Virus record (IMG/VR): IMGVR_UViG_3300011113_000123 | Coordinates: 32,001 to 96,000 of that record | Direction: 5' to 3' (one strand) | Length of the DNA stretch: 64,000 nt | DNA from: a virus | Shown: positions 9,409-18,953 of the stretch, piece after piece | Layout: each line of letters begins with the position of its first letter | How positions within the stretch are numbered: the first letter of the stretch is position 1 | Position numbers and translations under genes: made by a program | Notes under the pieces: model-generated | Database searches by the model: none | What the model saw: only the letters and a program-made list of their open reading frames with translations | Told to the model about the DNA's origin: nothing

Positions 9409-10506
9409 ATGTCAGGTCAGGAAAATAACGTCGGGAAGCTCGACGTGCAAGAAGCAAAAAAGGCGAGCTACGGCGTTGAAGCTGAGGTCGCTGATCCTAC
9501 TGGAGTTCAGGCCGCAGTTCCTGGTGGTGTAGCCCAGCAGGGTGAGAAGTCTGGTCCTATGACACAGGGCTCGGGCATCAAACCTTATACCAAAGTAGGT
9601 ATGATTAATTCTATGGTGCAAGCCCTAGGCGGTATGAAGAAAGCAGAGGTATCTGCCATGTACGACAAGTTCAAGGGTGACAAAACAAACCCACAGCAGG
9701 GTAACTCTGTTAATCCAAAGGAACGTTCAATCGGCGAAGAAAAGATTGCTCGTTTGACCGCAGAAGATATTGATGTTTCAGAAGACATCATGGCCATCTT
9801 TGCTGGTATGGAAGTTTCTGAAGAGTTCATTTCAAAGGCTTCAGAAGTTTACACAGCCGCTGTTCTTTCAAAGGTAAACGAGCAGCTCGAAGTTGTTGAA
9901 TCTCAGTTTGACGATTCTCTGACAGAAGAAGTTTCAACTGTTAGCGAAGAACTTGTTGAGCGCGTAGATTCATATCTCGACTATGTTGTTGAGCAGTGGA
10001 TGGAACAGAACTCAGTAGCCATTGAGCGCGGTCTCAAGGCTGAAATCGTTGAGTCCTTCATGAATGGTCTCAAGGGTCTGTTCGAAGAGCACTATATTGA
10101 TATTCCAGATGATGCAGTTGACGTTGCAGAAGAGCTTGCTACTCGCGTAGAAGTTCTTGAGTCAGCAATCAACGAAGAAATCGAAAAGAATGTTGAACTC
10201 ACAGCACAAATTCACGAATTCGAACGCGCTCTAGCGTTCGCAGAAGTTTCAGAAGGCCTGACAGACACGCAAGTTGCTAAACTGCAGTCACTTTCTGAAG
10301 CAGTCGACTTCGAAGACGTTGATACGTACTCAAAGAAGATTGCTACCCTTCGTGAGAGCTACTTCCCATCAAAGGCGTCTGCAGCACCTTTGTCCGAATC
10401 AGTAACTCTCGATGAGGAACCAGTGGGCGACGACGTCGCTGAAAAGCAGGTTCCAGTTGAAATGGCTGCTTATATGAACGCGATCACTCGCGGCATCAAA
10501 AAGTAA
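9409..10506 (+). CDS. gp22: Prohead core scaffold protein
   Basis: YLDYVVEQWM, GLKGLFEEHYIDIP, LRESYF, MAAY motifs; acidic coiled coil. Confidence 0.93.
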   Translation: MSGQENNVGKLDVQEAKKASYGVEAEVADPTGVQAAVPGGVAQQGEKSGPMTQGSGIKPYTKVGMINSMVQALGGMKKAEVSAMYDKFKGDKTNPQQGNSVNPKERSIGEEKIARLTAEDIDVSEDIMAIFAGMEVSEEFISKASEVYTAAVLSKVNEQLEVVESQFDDSLTEEVSTVSEELVERVDSYLDYVVEQWMEQNSVAIERGLKAEIVESFMNGLKGLFEEHYIDIPDDAVDVAEELATRVEVLESAINEEIEKNVELTAQIHEFERALAFAEVSEGLTDTQVAKLQSLSEAVDFEDVDTYSKKIATLRESYFPSKASAAPLSESVTLDEEPVGDDVAEKQVPVEMAAYMNAITRGIKK

Positions 10507-10529
10507 AAGAAAATTAGGAGAATAAGAAA

Positions 10530-11930
10530 ATGCAATCTCTGAACGAATCAATTCAGAAGAAGTGGCAGCCAGTCCTGGAACATCCTGATCTGGCTCCCAT
10601 TAAGGACGTTCACCGTCGTACCGTAGTAGCTCAGCTTCTTGAGAACCAGGAAAGAGCTGCTCGTGAAGATGGCTTCGGTTCTGGCGGTTATCGCGCTCCA
10701 GGTCTCCTGGGCGAAGCTGCTCCAACCAACGCTATGGGCAATTCATCTTCAACAGCTGGCGACGGCTCGATCGACACATTCGATCCAGTGCTCATCTCAC
10801 TGGTACGTCGTTCTATGCCAAACCTGATCGCATACGATATCTGCGGCGTTCAGCCAATGACAGGTCCAACAGGCCTGATCTTCGCAATGCGTTCACGTTT
10901 CACTAACCAGTCAACGACTCCAGAAGCTCTCTTCAACGAAGCTAACACAACGTTCTCTGGTTCAGCCGCTGGCAACACTGCTTCACGCAAGGTTGTTGGT
11001 AACACATCAACAGGCCGCTTCCAGCAGTCAAACGATCCAACGGATCGTGCATCAGCCGCTACAACTGGTTCATACACTGTTTCAACAGGTATGTCACGTT
11101 CAGCAGCTGAAGCTCTTGGCGACGGTTCTGCTAATGCGTTCCAGGAAATGGCATTCAGCATTGAGAAGGTAGCGGTTACAGCAGTATCACGCGCTCTCAA
11201 GGCAGAATACACAATGGAACTTGCTCAGGATCTTAAGGCCATTCACGGTCTTGATGCTGAGACAGAACTCTCGAACATCCTTGCTGCTGAAATCCTTTCG
11301 GAAATCAACCGCGAAGTTGTTCGTACAATCAACTACACCGCTTCTATCGGTGCTCAGGAAAACGTAACCACAGCCGGTACGTTCAACCTGGACGTTGACT
11401 CAAACGGACGTTGGATGGTTGAAAAGTTCAAGGGTCTTCTCTTCCAGATCGAGCGTGAGTCTAACCAGATCGCTAAGGCAACTCGTAGAGGCAAGGGTAA
11501 CGTTATGATCTGCGGATCTGACGTAGCTTCTGCTCTTCAGATGGCTGGCGTTCTTGATTACACCCCAGCTCTTGCTAACAACCTGAACGTAGACGACACA
11601 GGCAACACGTTTGCTGGTGTTCTGAACGGACGTATCAAGGTCTATATCGACCCATACTTCGCTTCAACTTCAGGCAAGCAGTATTTCACACTCGGGTACA
11701 AGGGCTCCTCAGCTTTCGACGCCGGTCTGTTCTACTGCCCATACGTTCCTCTCCAGATGGTTCGCGCCGTTGGTCAGGACACATTCCAGCCAAAGATTGG
11801 CTTCAAGACACGTTACGGAATGGTTGCAAACCCATTCGCAACGTCTTCAGCCGACGGCGTTATTGGTGCACCAAACACCAAGGGCTACAACGTCTACTAT
11901 CGCTTCGTGCAGGTTACAAACCTCATGTAA
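10530..11930 (+). CDS. gp23: Major capsid protein
   Basis: LVRRSMPNLIAYDICGVQPMTGPTGLIFAMR, ELAQDLKAIHGLDAE, FQPKIGFKTRYG. Confidence 0.98.
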   Translation: MQSLNESIQKKWQPVLEHPDLAPIKDVHRRTVVAQLLENQERAAREDGFGSGGYRAPGLLGEAAPTNAMGNSSSTAGDGSIDTFDPVLISLVRRSMPNLIAYDICGVQPMTGPTGLIFAMRSRFTNQSTTPEALFNEANTTFSGSAAGNTASRKVVGNTSTGRFQQSNDPTDRASAATTGSYTVSTGMSRSAAEALGDGSANAFQEMAFSIEKVAVTAVSRALKAEYTMELAQDLKAIHGLDAETELSNILAAEILSEINREVVRTINYTASIGAQENVTTAGTFNLDVDSNGRWMVEKFKGLLFQIERESNQIAKATRRGKGNVMICGSDVASALQMAGVLDYTPALANNLNVDDTGNTFAGVLNGRIKVYIDPYFASTSGKQYFTLGYKGSSAFDAGLFYCPYVPLQMVRAVGQDTFQPKIGFKTRYGMVANPFATSSADGVIGAPNTKGYNVYYRFVQVTNLM

Positions 11931-11981
11931 GAATAACCCTCCATGTAGGAGGGATAATAAGACGGGTTCAAACCGCAAACT

Positions 11982-12006
11982 GGGGAGCAGAAATGCTCCC
12001 CTTTTT
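11982..12006 (+). terminator. Rho-independent terminator after gp23
   Basis: GGGGAGCA-GAAA-TGCTCCCC-TTTTT. Confidence 0.9.
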
Positions 12007-12024
12007 CATTGAATAAATAGTGAT

Positions 12025-12573
12025 ATGAGCGCACTCGAAAACCAACCATCGAACATCAACTTCCTCGGGCAAAACGGATTTCGATTTGCTATCAAGAGGC
12101 TTCCTGGTGTAAACTATTTCTGTCAGGCTGCTACGATTCCCGCAGTTTCTATGACGCCTGTGCAAAGCCCTACTCCATTCGCGTCTGTTCCGCGCCCTGG
12201 CGATCGTATCACGTACGAGCCACTGACGGTTATCTTTAAAGTAGACGAGGATCTAAAGAACTACTTCGAGATCCAGAAGTGGCTTGAGGGGCTAGGGCAT
12301 CCTGATAGCTTGGATCAAACTCGCCAACTATCTAAGAACATCAATAACAATCTGATCGCTGGTACTCGTCCAGTTGGCTATTACACAACGTTCATGTCTG
12401 ATGCTGTTCTTTCTATCCTTACCAGTGCCAAGAACTTGAACAAGAATATCATGTTCTTTGATCTGTTCCCACTCAGTCTTTCGGAACTGAGCTTTGAAAC
12501 GACCAACAGAACGATTGACTATCTTGAGGCAACAGCTACGTTCAGCTATCGTAAGTATGAGTTAGAAGAGTAA
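12025..12573 (+). CDS. gp3: Tail completion / tube terminator protein
   Basis: NFLGQNGFRF, PGDRITYEPL, VDEDLKNYFEIQKW, FPLSLS motifs; AATAAATA just upstream. Confidence 0.88.
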   Translation: MSALENQPSNINFLGQNGFRFAIKRLPGVNYFCQAATIPAVSMTPVQSPTPFASVPRPGDRITYEPLTVIFKVDEDLKNYFEIQKWLEGLGHPDSLDQTRQLSKNINNNLIAGTRPVGYYTTFMSDAVLSILTSAKNLNKNIMFFDLFPLSLSELSFETTNRTIDYLEATATFSYRKYELEE

Positions 12574-12574
12574 T

Positions 12575-12627
12575 CTAACCCTGTGTAACACAGATCATTA
12601 TAATGGCATAAGTTCCAGTTGTCAAGA
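12575..12627 (-). promoter_or_regulatory. Antisense perfect sigma70 promoter element, copy 1
   Basis: Minus strand TTGACA(12625-12620)-N17-TATAAT(12602-12597); 38/53 ungapped identity to 46806-46858. Confidence 0.8.
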
Positions 12628-12639
12628 ACTACTTTACTC

Positions 12640-12668
12640 TTGACAACTAATGATACAAGTGGTAAACT
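12640..12668 (+). promoter_or_regulatory. sigma70-type promoter for uvsY
   Basis: TTGACA-N17-TAAACT with extended TG. Confidence 0.8.
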
Positions 12669-12674
12669 TATCAT

Positions 12675-13112
12675 ATGAAGCTAGAAAATATTTACGCCAT
12701 GTGGGAAGCCGATAGCAAGTATGATGATCTCAACTTGGATAAGGACTCTCTCAACATCTCATCCCTCCACGCCAAGTACAATCGGCTACTGAGTGAAACT
12801 CGTAGCCAATTGCGTTCAGCTGTCATCAAGAAGAAAGCTCATTATAGCACGCTCCGCGATTACTATTTGGGTCATTTGAATAATCCACAGGACCTAGAAC
12901 GTATTGGTCGCGAGCCCTTCCTTAACAAGGTTCTAAAGAACGAAGTTCAGGGCTACATAGATTCTGATGGTGATCTTATTCGTATCGACGAGCGTATTGC
13001 TCTTCTCGAAGAAAAGGTCGAAGTCATTGTTGAAATCATGAAGTGTATCCACAAGCGCGGATACGATATCAAGTCCGCGATTGAGTGGAGAAAGTTTACT
13101 AATGGATTCTGA
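12675..13112 (+). CDS. uvsY: Recombination mediator
   Basis: LHAKYNRLL, C-terminal RGYDIKSAIEWRKF; position before uvsW. Confidence 0.9.
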   Translation: MKLENIYAMWEADSKYDDLNLDKDSLNISSLHAKYNRLLSETRSQLRSAVIKKKAHYSTLRDYYLGHLNNPQDLERIGREPFLNKVLKNEVQGYIDSDGDLIRIDERIALLEEKVEVIVEIMKCIHKRGYDIKSAIEWRKFTNGF

Positions 13113-14595
13113 CGTAACTCTGACTAAGGTAAATGAAGCATTCATGCGCGTGGACGGGAACGCGGGTATCGTGCGTGAAGTTGCTGACTATCTTACGTTT
13201 GAAGTTCCTGGTGCTAAGTTTTCGCCGAAGTATAAATCAAGAGTCTGGGACGGTAAGATTCGCTTGCTTAACTCACGCAACATGCAATGTTACGCTGGTC
13301 TTGCTCACAACGTAAAGTCATTCTGTGAAGAGAATGGGTTCAGCGTTTCTATTGATCATGAACTCATTATGACTGAGGAGTTTTCACTTGAAGAAGCTAA
13401 AGATTTCGCTGCCACCTTGGGATTACCTTTTCAGCCTAATCCTCATCAGCTTCGCGCTTTTGCACTTGCTGTTCGCAATAGTCGTGGGATCCTTGTTAGT
13501 CCTACCGCTTCTGGTAAATCCCTAATAGTATATCTCATCACGAGGTATTACAATGCTCGTACTCTTATTATTGTTCCAAATATTTCTTTGGTTAATCAGC
13601 TTGCCTCTGACTTTGCTGACTATGGTTTTCTTTCCGATACTCATGTCCATCGAATCTACTCAGGGCAAGATAAACAAACGGATAGACAGGTTACCATCTC
13701 AACCTGGCAATCGATTTACGAACTTCCTAAAGCGTATTTCGAACAGTTTGAGGTGGTCATAGGCGACGAGGTACATCTGTTCAAAGCGCAGTCGCTGACT
13801 AAGATCATGACAAACTGCACGGATGTTAAGTATCGCTTTGGTGTCACCGGAACGCTCGACGACTCGCAAGTCAACGAGCTGATACTGAACGGTCTCTTTG
13901 GTCCTACACATAAGATCATCACCACGAAAGAACTGATTGATAGTGGTACGCTCGCTGAAATCAAAATCAAAGTTCTTGTTCTCAGTCATCCTCTCGAAGA
14001 ACGTAAAAAGTTAATCGACAAGACGTATCAAGATGAAATAGAACACATCATCAGCTATAGCCCGCGCAACAAGTTCATTCGCAATCTTGCTCTGTCGCTC
14101 AAGGGTAATACGTTGATTCTCTATTCATACGTTGAGAAGCATGGTGACGTTCTGCAACAGATGATCAAGGAGAAAGCGAACGGACGCAAAGTGTTCTACG
14201 TTCATGGTGGAGTTGATGGTCAAGAACGTGAAGAGATTCGACACATCGTAGAAAAGGAAACGGATGCTATCATCGTAGCTTCTTATGGAACGTTCTCTAC
14301 TGGAATCAACATCAAGAATCTACACAACGTCATCTTCAGTAGCCCCACTAAGAGTCGAATCAGAACGATGCAGTCTGTTGGTCGTGGATTGCGCGTTTCT
14401 GACACAAAAACTTCTATGACCCTATTTGACATTGCAGACGACTTGACGCATAATAAGAAGAAGAACTATACGTTGAACCATCTTATCGAACGTGTCAAGA
14501 TGTATAGCAGTGAAGAGTTCCCCTACGAACTCCACAATATCAAACTCAGGAGCGATAATGCAACAGGGCGAAGTTTATTTTCTGAAGCTGAATAA
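13102..14595 (+). CDS. uvsW: SF2 RNA-DNA/DNA helicase
   Basis: WDGKIRL, SPTASGKS, GDEVH, QSVGRGLR; probable start ATG 13102. Confidence 0.95.
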   Translation: MDSDVTLTKVNEAFMRVDGNAGIVREVADYLTFEVPGAKFSPKYKSRVWDGKIRLLNSRNMQCYAGLAHNVKSFCEENGFSVSIDHELIMTEEFSLEEAKDFAATLGLPFQPNPHQLRAFALAVRNSRGILVSPTASGKSLIVYLITRYYNARTLIIVPNISLVNQLASDFADYGFLSDTHVHRIYSGQDKQTDRQVTISTWQSIYELPKAYFEQFEVVIGDEVHLFKAQSLTKIMTNCTDVKYRFGVTGTLDDSQVNELILNGLFGPTHKIITTKELIDSGTLAEIKIKVLVLSHPLEERKKLIDKTYQDEIEHIISYSPRNKFIRNLALSLKGNTLILYSYVEKHGDVLQQMIKEKANGRKVFYVHGGVDGQEREEIRHIVEKETDAIIVASYGTFSTGINIKNLHNVIFSSPTKSRIRTMQSVGRGLRVSDTKTSMTLFDIADDLTHNKKKNYTLNHLIERVKMYSSEEFPYELHNIKLRSDNATGRSLFSEAE

Positions 14596-14935
14596 CGGAG
14601 AAGATATTCTCTGCCAGCTCATCGGAGACGACGAAGACTATCTGTTCATCACTCAGCCATATCGCGTTGAACTCATGCAGTCTCCAACCACGATGACTGT
14701 AGCCACTACAATCATGCGTTGGCTACCATTTGACAGTTTAATGGATGAGCACGTATGTCTAGATAAGAAAAACGTCTTGACATATATGATAGTTGATGAT
14801 ACAGTAGCTACTAAGTACATGAATACTATCAGTGACGAATCACGTAAAGAACGCGAACAAGTCATGGATCGACTGAGACAAGCTACACATGCAGTTCAAC
14901 GTTCTATGGCTAACACACATGGATCACTACATTGA
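14558..14935 (+). CDS. Conserved hypothetical protein (Sm-like fold likely)
   Basis: AGGAG before ATG 14558; LKLNNGEDI motif; between uvsW and gp55. Confidence 0.65.
   Translation: MQQGEVYFLKLNNGEDILCQLIGDDEDYLFITQPYRVELMQSPTTMTVATTIMRWLPFDSLMDEHVCLDKKNVLTYMIVDDTVATKYMNTISDESRKEREQVMDRLRQATHAVQRSMANTHGSLH
14777..14805 (+). promoter_or_regulatory. Intragenic sigma70-type promoter upstream of gp55
   Basis: TTGACA-N17-TACAGT with TG extension. Confidence 0.55.
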
Positions 14936-15474
14936 TTAACAAACCTAAAGCCAAGAAGCACTACGTAAACAACAAGGATCTGTATGATGCTATGGTTGCG
15001 TATAAGGCTCAAGTGAACGAGAACAAAGAAGCTGGAAAGCAAGCACCACGTATTCCTCACTACATCGGTGAGTCGATTATGAAGATTGCAACACATCTTG
15101 CCTATCGTCCAAACTTTGCAAACTATACGTTTCGCGAAGAGATGATCTCTGACGGTATCGAGAACTGTTTGCTATACATCAATAACTTTGATCCAGCTAA
15201 GTCGCAGAATCCTTTCGCATACTTTACGCAGATCATCTACTTCGCTTTCATTCGACGTATTCAGAAAGAAAAGAAGCATCTCTATACGAAGTATGCAGCC
15301 ATCGAGTACGCTAACATCATGGGAGAAACGTCCGAGTCTCAGGGAGGTGATAGCGGATCATACGATACTGATATCAAGTATGGTGAATGGTCCAAGGAAC
15401 AGATGGAGAAGTTCATGGCTGACTTTGAGACTAGTAAGGGTATCAAGCGCGGAAGTAAGAAAGCTGCATCATGA
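14932..15474 (+). CDS. gp55: Late transcription sigma factor
   Basis: HYVNNK, NYTFREEMISDGIENC, NPFAYFTQIIYFAFIRRIQKEKK. Confidence 0.96.
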   Translation: MINKPKAKKHYVNNKDLYDAMVAYKAQVNENKEAGKQAPRIPHYIGESIMKIATHLAYRPNFANYTFREEMISDGIENCLLYINNFDPAKSQNPFAYFTQIIYFAFIRRIQKEKKHLYTKYAAIEYANIMGETSESQGGDSGSYDTDIKYGEWSKEQMEKFMADFETSKGIKRGSKKAAS

Positions 15475-16532
15475 AGATTGCTTTGATTACTGATACGCAC
15501 TGGGGAGTGCGCAACGACCAGCTCGCATTCCTTGACAACAACAAGAGGTTTCTTGATGACGTTTTCTTCCCGTATCTTGATCTTCATGGCATTAGCACCG
15601 TTATCCACCTCGGTGATTTGGTTGATCGCCGTAAATACCTCAACATCAACACGGCTAAACGAATGCGCGATGATTTTATATCACCTCTACGCGCAAGAAA
15701 CATTACGACCCATCTCATCATCGGCAACCACGACACATATTTCAAGAATACGAATTCAGTCAACTCCATTCGAGAGTTTTACAGCGATGACTTCAACATC
15801 TACGAGCGAGCCACAGAAGTAGAGTTTGATGACGTTCCTATCCTATTCATCCCGTGGATCTGTGATGACAACCGTGATGAAACTATCGAGCTCATAGGAA
15901 AGACCAATGCACAGATCGCTCTGGGACACTTGGAAATCGCGGGCTTCGAGATGTATAGAGGAAGCCCCGTCAGTCATGGTGACGACCGCAGTCTTTTTAG
16001 TAGGTTCGATCTTGTATGCAGCGGTCACTATCATCATAAGTCTACTCATGGGAACATTAATTATCTTGGGTCTCATGCTGAGTTTACTTGGAGTGATTAC
16101 GACGACCCTAAGGGATTTCATATCCTCGACACTGAGACGCGTGAGCTCACTTTTGTAGTCAATCCTTACAAGATGTTCCGCAAGATCTGGTATAACGATA
16201 AGGACAAGACTTCAGAAGAAGTTATGGAGCGCGACTTCAGTCTGTATGCTGGAGCCTATGTCAAGCTGATCGTATCCAACAAAGACAATCCATTTCTGTT
16301 CGATCTGTTTACCACGAAACTGTATGAAGCTGCGCCGCTAGAAGTTACCATCGTTGAAGACCATCGCAACATGGATACCATCAGCGAAGATGATCTACTA
16401 GACGAGGCTGAAGATACGCTTACTATCTTGTCTAAGTATATTGGCACGATTGAATCTAACGTTGATAACAAAGATCTTGACAATCTGATGCGTTCACTAT
16501 ATCATGAAGCTCTTCAGATGGAGACTACGTAA
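15471..16532 (+). CDS. gp47: Recombination endonuclease subunit (Mre11/SbcD-like)
   Basis: DTHWG, HLGDLVDRRK, IGNHD, GHLE, SGHYH metallophosphoesterase motifs. Confidence 0.95.
   Translation: MKIALITDTHWGVRNDQLAFLDNNKRFLDDVFFPYLDLHGISTVIHLGDLVDRRKYLNINTAKRMRDDFISPLRARNITTHLIIGNHDTYFKNTNSVNSIREFYSDDFNIYERATEVEFDDVPILFIPWICDDNRDETIELIGKTNAQIALGHLEIAGFEMYRGSPVSHGDDRSLFSRFDLVCSGHYHHKSTHGNINYLGSHAEFTWSDYDDPKGFHILDTETRELTFVVNPYKMFRKIWYNDKDKTSEEVMERDFSLYAGAYVKLIVSNKDNPFLFDLFTTKLYEAAPLEVTIVEDHRNMDTISEDDLLDEAEDTLTILSKYIGTIESNVDNKDLDNLMRSLYHEALQMETT
16477..16505 (+). promoter_or_regulatory. Intragenic sigma70-type promoter upstream of gp46
   Basis: TTGACA-N17-TATCAT. Confidence 0.55.
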
Positions 16533-16717
16533 TGGAATTTGTAGCCAACGAAATCTACGTTGATCGCGAAGGCAATGAGTATAGATACCTTGAGCGTCGT
16601 AGTGGCGTCCAGGTATTTGAGTCTGTTGAAACTGGTACTCGTCTTGTATTGAATCCTGTTGGGCGTTATAGATGGGATGACCAGGATCATCCTCGTGACA
16701 TTATCGGAAAGAAATGA
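16532..16717 (+). CDS. Hypothetical protein
   Basis: Coupled overlaps with gp47 and gp46. Confidence 0.6.
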   Translation: MEFVANEIYVDREGNEYRYLERRSGVQVFESVETGTRLVLNPVGRYRWDDQDHPRDIIGKK

Positions 16718-18420
16718 TTCACTTCACAAAGGTACGCTGGAAGAACTTCATTTCGACCGGCAACGCCTTCACAGAAATCCATCTCGATAAGAACGACTCT
16801 ACTCTCATCGTTGGCGAAAACGGCGCGGGCAAGTCTACAATGCTTGACGCGCTGTGCTTTGGTCTTTACGGTAAGCCGTTCCGTAAGATCAAGAAGGATC
16901 AGCTGATCAACTCTGTGAACGGTCGTGATACTGTTGTCGAAGTTGAGTTCACATCAAAAGAACATCAGTACGTCGTAAGACGCGGAATCAAGCCAAGTCT
17001 ATTTGAGATTATAGAAGACGGCGTGCTGATTGACCAGGATGCAGCTGCGCGTGACTATCAAGACATGCTTGAGAAGCATATTCTTAAGTTGAGCATGAAG
17101 TCATTCACGCAGATTGTTATTCTTGGTTCGTCGTCGTTCGTTCCGTTCATGCAACTGACTACGAGCGTTCGGCGTGAAGTCATCGAGGATCTGTTAGATA
17201 TCCGCGTCTTTTCCTCGATGGCTCTCCTTCTTAAAGATCGTGTCGCGACTAATCGTGAAGAGTATAAGCTCAACGATCGTGACATTACATACACGAACGA
17301 TAGCATCAGAGCTCAGGAAAAGATCCGCGTAGAGCTAGATGAAAAGCGTCTGGAAAAGATTGAAGAGTATAAGAAGCGTATCGAGCAAGCTCAGAGTAAC
17401 ATCGCGCGCGAGCACGCGAGCGCGTCAGAAATAAATGCTGAGATTGAAGAGCTGATGGAAAAGTGTTCTAACCATCAAACTCTCAGCTCGCGCGTTCAGA
17501 AGATTTTGAGCTTGGAAAAGAGCTTGGAAACAAAGAAAACTAACGCTCGTAAGACTATCAAGTTCTATGCTGACAACGACGAGTGTCCTACATGCACGCA
17601 AACTATCGACATACACGTTCGAGCGGAGAAGATTGGTGAGAAGGAAAAAGTCATCCATGAAATCGAGGACGGTCTCAAGAAGCTCGCGACCGAGTTGGCT
17701 ACGACAGAAGAAAGCCTCGCCAGAGTTCAAGAAATCCAGCGCGACGTATCAGTACGCCAGCGTGATTATGCTGCTTGCCAGACTGCAATTGCAGCCTATC
17801 AGAAAGAAATCTCTGTTTACAACAAAGAAATCGGGAATCTTAACAAAACCGAAGACGCCACGTCGGCGACCGGTGCACTGATTGGGCTTCGTGATGATCT
17901 AGCGAAGTTCCTTGAAGTGAAGGAACGTATCCTACGTGAGAAGGAGATGTATGAACTTGCTACTGTTATCCTGCGTGATAGTGGAATCAAGTCGCGTATC
18001 ATTAAGCAGTACATACCAGTCATCAACAAACTGGTGAATAAATACCTCGCCGCCATGGACTTCTTTGTGAAGTTCGAACTGAACGAGTCGTTTGAAGAAA
18101 AGATCCTATCGCGCCATCGCGATGACTTTACATATGACTCGTTCAGTGAAGGTGAGAAGATGCGTATTGATCTTGCGCTTCTGTTCACATGGCGTTCTAT
18201 CGCACGTATGAAAAACAGTGCCAGCACCAACCTGTTGATCCTCGACGAAGTGTTCGACGCATCACTAGACTCTAATGGCTGCGACGAGTTCCTAAAGATC
18301 ATCCACGACATGGAAGGATCTAACATATTCGTCATATCGCATAAGGGCGATGTGCTGCATGATAAGTTCGCTAACACAATACGCTTTACAAAACACAAAA
18401 ACTTTAGTAGGATAGTATGA
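16714..18420 (+). CDS. gp46: Recombination ATPase subunit (Rad50/SbcC-like)
   Basis: GENGAGKST, CPTC zinc hook, FSEGEKMRIDLAL, LILDEVFD. Confidence 0.96.
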   Translation: MIHFTKVRWKNFISTGNAFTEIHLDKNDSTLIVGENGAGKSTMLDALCFGLYGKPFRKIKKDQLINSVNGRDTVVEVEFTSKEHQYVVRRGIKPSLFEIIEDGVLIDQDAAARDYQDMLEKHILKLSMKSFTQIVILGSSSFVPFMQLTTSVRREVIEDLLDIRVFSSMALLLKDRVATNREEYKLNDRDITYTNDSIRAQEKIRVELDEKRLEKIEEYKKRIEQAQSNIAREHASASEINAEIEELMEKCSNHQTLSSRVQKILSLEKSLETKKTNARKTIKFYADNDECPTCTQTIDIHVRAEKIGEKEKVIHEIEDGLKKLATELATTEESLARVQEIQRDVSVRQRDYAACQTAIAAYQKEISVYNKEIGNLNKTEDATSATGALIGLRDDLAKFLEVKERILREKEMYELATVILRDSGIKSRIIKQYIPVINKLVNKYLAAMDFFVKFELNESFEEKILSRHRDDFTYDSFSEGEKMRIDLALLFTWRSIARMKNSASTNLLILDEVFDASLDSNGCDEFLKIIHDMEGSNIFVISHKGDVLHDKFANTIRFTKHKNFSRIV

Positions 18421-18953
18421 TGTATGATTTGCTAAAAGGTAACGATCCGCTCCTGAAGAGCGTGTGCCCAGAGTTCGATTTTGAACGTGGATATTTCGAT
18501 GAACAAAGTCTTGCCTTTAACGGAGAAGAGTTATACAATTATCTTCGTGATAAGATGATCGAGCATAAGGGCGTAGGTCTTTCTGCCCCTCAGCTTGGTA
18601 TCATGACTCGCGCGTTCGTGATTGGTAATCCGTCAGACCCAGACAACATCATTGGTATCTTTAATCCTATGATCGTTGACTATAGCGAAGAAACTGTAGT
18701 GTACGAAGAAGGATGTGTCAGCTATCCTGGTATGTTCATCAAGATCAAGCGCCCGCGTTCGATTCGCGTTCGCTATCGTAACTTCAACGGAGAAACTGTA
18801 ACTATTAAGTTCGATGGTTACACAGCGCGAGTGTTTCAGCACGAGTACGATCACCTAAATGGTATTACGTTCCAGCAACGAGCCAATCGTTATCATCTAG
18901 AGCAGGCTCAACGATTCAAAGACAGAGCAGACAGGAAGCTGAAAAGCGCATGA
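18417..18953 (+). CDS. def: Peptide deformylase
   Basis: GVGLSAPQLG, EGCVS, QHEYDHLNG motifs. Confidence 0.93.
   Translation: MMYDLLKGNDPLLKSVCPEFDFERGYFDEQSLAFNGEELYNYLRDKMIEHKGVGLSAPQLGIMTRAFVIGNPSDPDNIIGIFNPMIVDYSEETVVYEEGCVSYPGMFIKIKRPRSIRVRYRNFNGETVTIKFDGYTARVFQHEYDHLNGITFQQRANRYHLEQAQRFKDRADRKLKSA

Noticed and set aside
11937-11977. Hairpin and T-loop-like CGGGTTCAAACCG after gp23
   Set aside because: No cloverleaf can be built; probably 3-prime UTR structure
15532-15560. Additional TTGACA hexamers (15532, 30102)
   Set aside because: No acceptable -10 element at 17-bp spacing
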